Assembly: GCA_951406725.2 (NCBI GenBank) | Contig: OX597835.1 | Coordinates: 11,904,001 to 11,968,000, forward strand | Direction of reading: 5' to 3' | DNA from: Octopus vulgaris | Taxonomy: Eukaryota | DNA length: 64,000 nt | Shown: in pieces, positions 53,866-64,000 of the stretch | Layout: each line of letters begins with the position of its first letter | How positions within the stretch are numbered: position 1 is the first letter of the stretch | Program-made: the position numbers and the translations under genes | The notes under the pieces: model-generated | The model's database searches: none | Told to the model about the DNA's origin: nothing | The model's input: only the letters and a program-made list of their open reading frames with translations

Positions 53866-53902
53866 TGTATCGACCGGTTTCGCAATCGCTATTCATGATA
53901 CA
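53866..53902 (-). ncRNA. Minimal type-I hammerhead motif with A3-U8 core
   Basis: rc UGUAUC-AUGAAUA-GC(GAUU)GC-GAA-ACCGGU-C-GAUACA: 6-bp stem I, palindromic helix III, GUC triplet. Confidence 0.65.
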
Positions 53903-54015
53903 ATGTTTAATTTATATGAACATATATATTTTCTTAAGAAGAAAATGGGTCCATGTTGTTGATAATGAGATTCACGAGTGAATGATTTTACAAGTTGACA
54001 AGTAAATATATATAT

Positions 54016-54096
<81 letters not shown>

Positions 54097-56721
54097 AGCG
54101 TTAAGACCAAAGGGTCAAGGTGTAGGAAAATAGTAAGCTTTGAGAAGTCCGTAGAATGTGTAAAAAACAACTAACAGAAGCAATAGTGATTTATTGACGG
54201 AGAAGGTCGCACGTTTTTCCAGTATCGAAATGCAATAAGCTGAAAAAAGTGTTTTATAGATTACGATTACGGTCACCAATTTCTTTCATGTATATTTTCC
54301 CCATTATGAAACGTGATCAGATATACGTATATAATAGATGACTGTATATATATATATACATATTTATATATGTGTGTATGTGTGTGCGTGAGTGTGAATG
54401 ATTGAGTGCGTGTGTGCGTATGTGTTGTGTGTATGTATGAGTGAGTGAGTGTGTGTGTGTATATATGTGCACATATATATATACATATACATATATATAT
54501 ATACATATATATATGTATATTTTTATGTATATATATATACATATATATATATGTATATTTTTATGTATATATATATATGTATATATTTGTATATGTGTGT
54601 GTATGTGTTCGAGATCATCTGCACATATATGCATAACCGATTATGCTGCATAATAGAGAAAATAAACATGAAATAAATTGATATATGGTTGTGTATGACA
54701 TATATGTTTTAATATATATATATAACTATTGGAAATAATTAAATTGTATCGTCATTCATTTCCCTGGATACATCTCTCTCCTGCTGAAGGAAGCCTTCCC
54801 TTGTTTCCACTCAGCATCGTCACATTTGGTGCTGGTCTTTCTTACAAGATTTAGCGAAGATGCTTCTATTTTAGGCACCTAGGTGGAATTGGAACTCAGA
54901 ACGCAAATACACGGAGTAAACACTGCTAATGTACCATCCTGAATTGATACATTTTGTCGAGCCCAAAAGTGATGGAAGGCAAACTTGACCTCGGCAGCAC
55001 TCGATCTTATCATGCAGTGAATCAGAACAAGTTCCGACATTTAATTCGTCGTTCCAAAGACTTTACCAATACACCTCTTCAACAGCAGTGAGCGTTCATG
55101 TGTGCGCATGTGTGTGTGTGTTTGTGCGCAAACATATTTCATATAGAATGACAGTGAAAACAAGATATCTTACATCGAATCAAGCTCCAGATCTGTAAAA
55201 AATATAGCCATTTATACTCATTAAGTTGCGGTGTATATTTTATACACTCGATCAAGATTTGAACTCAGGTTGAATAAGCTACTCTTGGCAGTTATGGCAC
55301 TTCATGTCTGAGTGTCAAAGTTAATAAATATAATAATTACAAGGTGGGAATTGAAGTAATTCTAAACATAGCTGAGACGTCTTTGATGGCAAATAATAAA
55401 TAAAACCTGAAAATGCTCCCAACGGTATTTTAACTCTAGTTAAAAGTTAGTCACTTTCGTTTACAACTCACACAGGATATAAAATATAGCAATAAATATA
55501 TATAAGGAAGTTATATGAAGAACGGTGAAGGTTGAAATGTTAGAGTTGGTTCCTTTTATTACAACACTCTTTCGACAGCGAATCAAAGTCAGTAATATGT
55601 AAGATATGGCAGCAGAAAGTTTGGTCTTAAAATTCTGATACTCATCAGTAAACGTTTTGAAGTATTCTTCGAATATTCTATAAACCACTACTAGCAACCT
55701 TTATGCCTTACTAGTTAACATTTTCGGTTTCTTACTGAGTTCTAAGACAAATAATGACACCTAACAGCTTCGAGTTTGAAATGGTAAATGCTTTGGGAAA
55801 AGTTCAACACAGAGATGTATTATAAGAAAAGGGAAAAGCAGGTTTCTTTTGGTTGGGGAAACAAAAGATTGGGCGATGCATAAGTAAAAGTGGCTGGTCT
55901 GCTTTTAGGCGCAGTAGTGGCTGTGTGGTAAGTAGCTTGCTTACGCATGCGTTGGTTAGTTGCTTCCAAATTTAAATACTGTCAAGACGTGCTTTTGTAG
56001 TCGCCCTGAATTGAAGAAATTGAAGGCGCGACTGTAAGGTAGGCATCTGTTTTTTGGGGGGCGGGGGACAGTGGGGTTTTGTTCTTTGATATTGGTTTTT
56101 TTTTTTTACGAAGAAGAAATCCTCACTGGGCCCGAACATTTGCCTGCTTGCAGTCGCGCTAAGTGAGTCACTTAGCTGTGAGATTTGTTCTTTGGGGGCG
56201 GATCTGGCCTTCGAAAAATTGCGGAATCTTTGAAAATTCGACCAATTTGTGGAGGATTTTTTGTGTTCCTGCTGCTGATGCTGTGACCTGGAGAACCTGT
56301 GTGGGGTACCATTTTTTTAGAATACCTGTGGGCCAGTATTACCGAGTGGCCGGAACTGTGTTGCCGTAACTTGAATGGTTTTCCTTCGTTCTTTTTCTCT
56401 GCTCTGACTTTCTGTTCTTTTTTGTGCATGGGAAAGAAGATAAACACTGGGTGGGAATGAGAGATTGTACCCCCTTATATTATATTAAGATTAAGAAAAA
56501 ATAATTGTATTACCTCAGACTTCACAACAAACAACAACATTTTGGTTTAGACTCCTATTTATAAAGGGCCTCAGTATACCTGAAGCACTTTACTCACTGA
56601 ACATTTGTAATTACCGGATGTCAAGCCTTAATTTGTCACCTTTTACCAGAAAGGACTCAAGAATTTAAATAATACAAGAACGTCTGAGGTATCTATCAAG
56701 AGAGATAAGGTAATATATATT

Positions 56722-56754
<33 letters not shown>

Positions 56755-57527
56755 AAGCATAATCGACGGAGTTTTAATGTCATAGATTGATAAGTAATGT
56801 AATTGAATTTAGAGTTTATAAAGCAAAGCTAAAGAATACGGTAAAACTCGCGAAGATGCGTACAGAATTTATAAAGAAATCTGCAATAAATACATACTTT
56901 GGTTTTACAGAGAAGTGAAATACAGGATGTATGTTTACGCAAGACAATTACTTCATATATTCCGGAATGCTGATAAATACATTAAGGTATTTCTAATTGA
57001 ATTTTGAAGGAATCAATCGATCGGATGTAAGTATTGGTTTTCTTGTCTAGACACAATCTACAAGTTTTGACTTGAACACTTTTACGGTTTCTTGCCAATA
57101 TAATTCCATTCGCATCGTTATTATTCCTCGTAATTTAACATTTGTGTTTCGATAAAATATTTTAACGCATCGGGGTCTCAGGTAAAAATTGAAAACGAAA
57201 AAGAAATAAATAAATAATAAAATAGCATAATAAACAATAAGGAAAGAAATCAATGTATTTTGTGACAAATGCAAATATCAACGGAAAACTTTCTGCTTCG
57301 AAACCAAAAAAAGACAAAAAAAAAAAATCATACACCATCGATTGAAGAAAAAAAATAAGATATAGTAACTATTGCATCTGACATTTCTGATATTACCATT
57401 CTTTCAGGAATAGAGTATTTGATCTATGATGGTATAATTATGGAGAATCGGTATCTAAATATATTAGCGTTTTATTTGTTACTTTTCAAATCTTCAGACG
57501 CTGAATATTCTTTTCAAATCTTAATAC

Positions 57528-57860
<333 letters not shown>

Positions 57861-58464
57861 ATATGCGTGTGGGTGTGTATTTGTGCGTATGTGTTGTGTG
57901 CATGCGTGTATGTATGTATGTAGATATGTAGTGTGTATGTGTATACAGATATAGACACATATATATTTATATATATACATACATAATACATACGTATATA
58001 CATAACACACGCAGACACACCTACACACACACACGCACACACATACACACAACCACACAGATACAGATACAGACACATACACGCACACGGATATGTGTGT
58101 GTGTGTTGTTGTAAATAAACAGTTCCTTATTCAACAGAATTCTACTATCCGATATGTTGAAACAGATAAAAATATGATTTCCATTATTATGATCATGAGA
58201 TAAGACGTCGCAAATATCTTATATACTGCGTACCGATGGACTGTTGAATACTGTGTGCGCGCTCGTGTTTCTCTGCTTACGTATGTGTGTGTATGTGTGT
58301 GTGAGTGTACGTGTGTGCGTGCATGTGTATGTATATTTGTGTGTCTGTGTGTGTGTGTGTGTGTGTATGTACGGGTGGCTACGCCCGAACGTGCGCAACT
58401 TATATACATATATATATATACCGATACACTCCAAACACTCACATACTCACACACATACACACGC

Positions 58465-58587
<123 letters not shown>

Positions 58588-58681
58588 CATATATATATAT
58601 ATATGCACATACGTACTCGCATATGTGTATATGTATATATGTGTTTATAGGTATATACAAACGTTAAAATAGTTATGTAAA

Positions 58682-58722
<41 letters not shown>

Positions 58723-58735
58723 ATCTATATATATC

Positions 58736-58767
<32 letters not shown>

Positions 58768-59307
58768 ATTAATTAATAAGGGTGAGAGAATTAGATACTA
58801 ATTTAATAGTATATTTATTCCACACCAAGTGGCCTAGTGCTACGAGAAACCTGGATTATTATAATATTTTATAACATATTATAATATTTTCACAAAATAA
58901 ATATAAGAGAGTGGTCACTATATTGATCACTCTAGCACCAGTTAATCCAAAAGGTTTCAACCACGAAAACACATGTTTCCCATGAAAGCCAATGATATTA
59001 ATGATACATATCCCGCCATATAAATATATATATGTGTATATATGTATAAAATAATGCGTTTTTTGGTAGTATACAGAATAATTCTTCAGATTATTTATAT
59101 TCAAGTATAGAAAGTCTTCAAATATTCTGACGCAATGAAAACAAAATAATATAATAATGTAAATATTCCATTTCTTTTTTTGCTATTTTATTTTATTTCA
59201 TTTCCTTGAAGACTTTCTCTATTTTGTGTATAAACGAACTAAAAAAACAATTCCTTCGTTACTTCTAACTAATCAACTCTGTTATTATTACCAATACATA
59301 CATATAC

Positions 59308-59340
<33 letters not shown>

Positions 59341-59350
59341 GGTATGTATG

Positions 59351-59403
<53 letters not shown>

Positions 59404-59410
59404 TATATAT

Positions 59411-59572
59411 GCAGGAGTGGCTGTGTGGTAAGTAGTTTGTTTACCAGCCACATGGTTCTGGGTTCAGTCCCACTGCGTGGCACCTTGGTCAAGTGTCTTC
59501 TACTATAGCCTCGGGCCGACCAAAGCCTTGTGAGTGGATTTGGTAGACGGAAACTGAAAGAAGCCCGTCGTA

Positions 59573-59633
<61 letters not shown>

Positions 59634-59846
59634 ATTTGTGTGTGTCCCCCTAGCATTGCTTGACAACCGATGCTGGTGTGTTTATGTCCCCGTTACTTAG
59701 CGGTCCGGCAAAAGAGACCGATAGAATAAGTACTGGGCTTACAAAAATATAAGTCACGGGGTCGAGTTGCTCGATTAAAGGCGGTGCTCCAGCATGGCCG
59801 CAGTCAAATGACTGAAACAAGTAAAAGAGTAAAAGAGTAAAAGAGT
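59411..59846 (+). mobile_element. SINE family C with expanded internal (TA)n
   Basis: gcaggagtggctgtgtggtaagtag...gactgaaacaagtaaaagagtaaaagagtaaaagag. Confidence 0.9.
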
Positions 59847-59888
59847 ATATATACATATGTATGTGTATATATTTACATCTATAGATAT

Positions 59889-59981
<93 letters not shown>

Positions 59982-61040
59982 TGTATGTATATGTGGGCAC
60001 TGGATGTCACGAAACGTGTACAATAAAAAAATACGAAGCACTTGTACAAGGAACATAAACTATTCTTTCGAACAACGAAAGACACAAATGAAAACAAAAC
60101 AAACAACATAAAGGATGACCCTTCATCAGTCGTTGGCTGTTTTTCTAGTCTCATCTTTCGATCTTTTAATATGTGTGTATGTGTATGCATATATGTATGT
60201 ATGTATGTATGCACTTATGTATGTATGTACGTATGTATGTATGTATGTATGTATGTATACACACAACTCACACACGATGAGTTTCTTTTAGTGCCCGTCT
60301 ATGAAATCCAGTCACAAGGCTCTAGTCGACCCAGTGCTTAAGTAGAAGACACTCGCTTAGTGTGTTACTTTTCAGCGGAAAGGAAGCAAGCTTATCATGT
60401 TCTATGGCTGAAGCTACCAGAAATCATGAAGTGGAGCATAATGTTGATTATTGGAATGTTTTTTATTAAGATGGTGGATTCATGTATATTCACCTGAGAA
60501 AAACATTTTTTTACGCATGATGTTATATCATTATTCATCAATAAAATCTCGTTTGAAACAGCTGTAAGGTACGAACCAATTCCCATCTGCAGTTATTTAC
60601 TTCTTGTATATAAAAACTCCCTTCGATCACGAATGACCATGGGATTGCATCTAGAAAGTTACCCTTCGAGGCACGAGTCTGAGGAACATTGTCTCTGGAA
60701 GACCTGCTGTCGCCCATGCATACAAGCCTTCCTTCACCCTGATAAATGACATTTTATTCGACTTTTTAAATTCCGGGTTCGAGTTCCACTGTTGTAGACT
60801 CAACCTTACATTGCTGGAGGCTCAATAAAATATGTACCGGTCAAGTTCTGGGATCGATGTAATCGACTTATCGACCTACACCTCCCTTCAAATCAGTTGT
60901 GTGTCAAAGATTAGAGAGGAATATATTCTAACGAAATGAGATTGCTACCCTGAGGTGCCCCTGTTCACACAATCATATTGTATTTTTGTTTTTATGAAGT
61001 TAAAACTTGGCAAAAAACTACATTAATATTATGGTCATAG

Positions 61041-61850
61041 TAAGGCGGCGAACTGGCAGAAGCGTCAGCACGCCAGACGAATCACTTAGCGGGATTTCGT
61101 CTGTCTTTACGTTCCGAGTTCAAATTCCACCGAGGTCGACTTGAGCTTTCATTCTTTTAGGATTGATAAATTAAATACTGGTTGCGTACTTGGTTCGATC
61201 TAATTGGCCGGCCGCCTCCCCAAAAATGTTGTGCCTTGTGCCTAGAGTAGAAAAGAAAATAACTAGTTGAAGGCGGCGAACTGGCAGCAACGTCAGCACG
61301 TCGGGCGAAATGCTTAGCGGTATTTCGTCTGTCTTTACGTTCTGTGTTCAAATACCGCCGACGTCGACCTTACCTTCACACTTTCGGGGTCGATACATTA
61401 AGTACCAGTTACGCACTTGGGTCGATGTAATTGACTTAATCCCATTGTCTGTCCTTGTTCGTGCCCTCTGTGTTAGCCCCTTGTGGGTAGTAACGAAATA
61501 GGTATTTCGTCTGTCTTTACGTTCTGTGTTCAAATACTGCCGACGTCGACCTTGCCTTCACACTTTCGGGGTCGATAAATTAAGTACCAGTTACGCACTT
61601 GGGTCGATGTAATTGACTTAATCCCATTGTCTGTCCTTGTTCGTCCCCTCTGTGTTTAGCCCCATGTGGGTAGTAACGAAATAGGTATTTCGTCTGTCTT
61701 TACGTTCTGTGTTCAAATACCACCGAGGCCGTCCTTGCCTTTCACACTTTTGAGATCTATAGACTAAGTACCAGTTGCGTACTGGGGTCGATCTAATCGA
61801 CTGGCCTCTTCCTAGAAAACATCGGGCCTTGGGCCTAAAGTAAAAAAGAA
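61041..61850 (+). mobile_element. SINE family A monomer followed by a head + tandem ~183-bp units + tail A
   Basis: Heads at ~61042 and ~61270; unit junctions gaaata|ggtatttcgtct at 61501 and 61684. Confidence 0.9.
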
Positions 61851-62189
61851 TATCATGATCACAATGATTAATAAACGGGGCTGGCGTTTAATGATTTAGG
61901 CACGCGTACGACACAGCGCTTCTGACGTAACACGATTCCTTCTTTCCTTGGTTGGTAGAATTGAAATTGCTCGCAAAACTGCTTCAATGATTTAATGGTA
62001 ACTCTGCAGTAGTCAATCAGTTAATTCGATTTTGCCTTTCCTGGTTTGTTTACTGTATTTACTGTTTTGCTGAGCGTATAATGATTATTAGCAATATGAA
62101 CATATAACTGTCATAATGAAGTTACTATGGAGATTTTATATTCTCAATAATCGAATCTAAACACATACATACAAACAACCACACATATA

Positions 62190-62215
62190 TAGTAATATAT
62201 ATGTATGTACATATA

Positions 62216-62267
<52 letters not shown>

Positions 62268-62349
62268 TATACGTACAACACGTACTTATATATATGTATA
62301 TTTATATATATAGAGAGAGAGATATACATAAATATACATGGATATACAT

Positions 62350-62380
<31 letters not shown>

Positions 62381-62728
62381 TCATACATATACATACACAC
62401 ATATATATATGCACACATATATATATACATACATATATATATATGTATGTATATATATATAGATATATGTATATATACATATATGTACCATGTATATATA
62501 TACATATACATACATATATATATACATACATATATATATGTATCATGTCTATATATACATATACATACACATATATATATATATACATATATACACATGT
62601 GTATGCCTATATATATGAAATATATATAAATATATAGATATAAGTATACATATATATACATGTATGTGTGTATATTTAAATATATGTATATATACATACA
62701 TACACACACATATATGTAATATATATGT

Positions 62729-62807
<79 letters not shown>

Positions 62808-62815
62808 CATATATA
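62190..62815. repeat. Degenerate (TA)/(CA)-rich low-complexity tract
   Basis: Direct reading. Confidence 0.92.
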
Positions 62816-63679
62816 ATGTATAGATACGTATGAATAATTACAATCTTTACTGTGTCCCGTGTATTTGTGTTCTATTGTGGTTTAATAAGACTGTATTGGT
62901 TGTGAATTCTCAGAAACAACGACGATACAAAATATAAATGGCTGCTTTCTGAATAAGTCAACATTATACTTATGATAATTGATATTATCGATTAAATGCC
63001 ATACGTCAGTATGAGCATAACTAACAGAAACTCATCGATGCCTTTTTTTTTCCCCTTCCGCAACACCTCATCACCGACAGAATTATCATCGTGGCCATTG
63101 CTACCGCTTCCACCACAACAGAACAGAGTAGACACGACGACAGCATGAAGGCCACTATAACCCTCGAATTGAGCACCACCACCACTACCAACACTAACAA
63201 AAACTACAACAAATATACCCCATCAAACTTTCATTCTTTTATATATACAAATGTTGTTGAATGAAACATTATTATTGCTTTCTATAGGATGTTATTGATT
63301 ATGGAGCCAAACGCCGATACTACGCAGTCCCTTATGTCCTTGACAATCAGCGAAGATATATAATAGTTTCTAGATTTCTGTTTTCCAGCATTCTCGTCTC
63401 ATTGTTGCTTTTGCTTCCTTCTTTAGAAATTTCCTTTATTATATTTAAGCCCATGTTTTCTTAACATTTTTCATTATTTTTCCATTATGTTTCTAGACAT
63501 TGGCCTTGCATTGTTGCAAATAAAACTCGCTTCTGCCTACGCTCCATCATCATCATCATCATCCTTATTTCCTTCTCAACAATGTTATCATTTATTATTA
63601 GTATTCCTGATTATTGAGGTTGTTTTTGCTAGTGTTGTTGTTGTTTACTGCTTTTTCTTCTTCTTCATCATTATCGTTA

Positions 63680-63738
<59 letters not shown>

Positions 63739-63879
63739 GGTCTTTGTGTTGTAGTTACATATAAATGCATATTACAATCGTAAAATACACTTTCGAAAAA
63801 TACGTACACAAACAAACATACACACATTATACACATGCACGCACAACACACGCACATACGCACATACGCACACACTCAC

Positions 63880-63887
<8 letters not shown>

Positions 63888-63967
<80 letters not shown>
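63888..63967. repeat. (AAT)n microsatellite
   Basis: Direct reading. Confidence 0.97.
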
Positions 63968-63969
<2 letters not shown>

Positions 63970-64000
63970 TATTATATATATAGTATATTATGTATGTATG

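Noticed and set aside
61319-61420. HDV-like ribozyme at the start of the SINE-A unit (GGUAUUU/AAAUACC could form P1)
   Set aside because: No P3/L3 or P1.1 could be built, and most copies have AAAUUCC, which is simply the B box.

Overview
This is an AT-rich, microsatellite-dense, repeat-dominated eukaryotic window. I found no credible host protein-coding exon, rRNA, true tRNA or CRISPR array. The repeat repertoire looks like an octopus (coleoid cephalopod) intron or intergenic region; this is inferred from recalled SINE families, not from a search. It contains dozens of tRNA-derived SINE copies from at least four head types, with modular tails and 184-bp tandem arrays. It also holds 3' remnants of CR1-, RTE- and R4/Dong-type LINEs, Penelope-like element (PLE) RT and GIY-YIG remnants, two Tc1/mariner relics, a 3.4-kb hAT (Buster/Charlie-type) element with TIRs and an 8-bp TSD, a second hAT relic and four non-autonomous Helitrons. 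Three signals stand out. (1) Minimal type-I hammerhead-ribozyme motifs occur in which the conserved C3-G8 core pair appears as G3-C8, A3-U8 and possibly U3-A8; one lies in a 314-bp fold-back. (2) All three copies of one Helitron family are flanked by host-sequence duplications (about 10, 27 and 142 bp), although Helitrons normally make none. (3) A 184-bp SINE sub-unit with a fixed 5' breakpoint forms tandem arrays. Nearly all ORFs in the supplied track are microsatellite or SINE artefacts. Coordinates of degenerate repeats are approximate.
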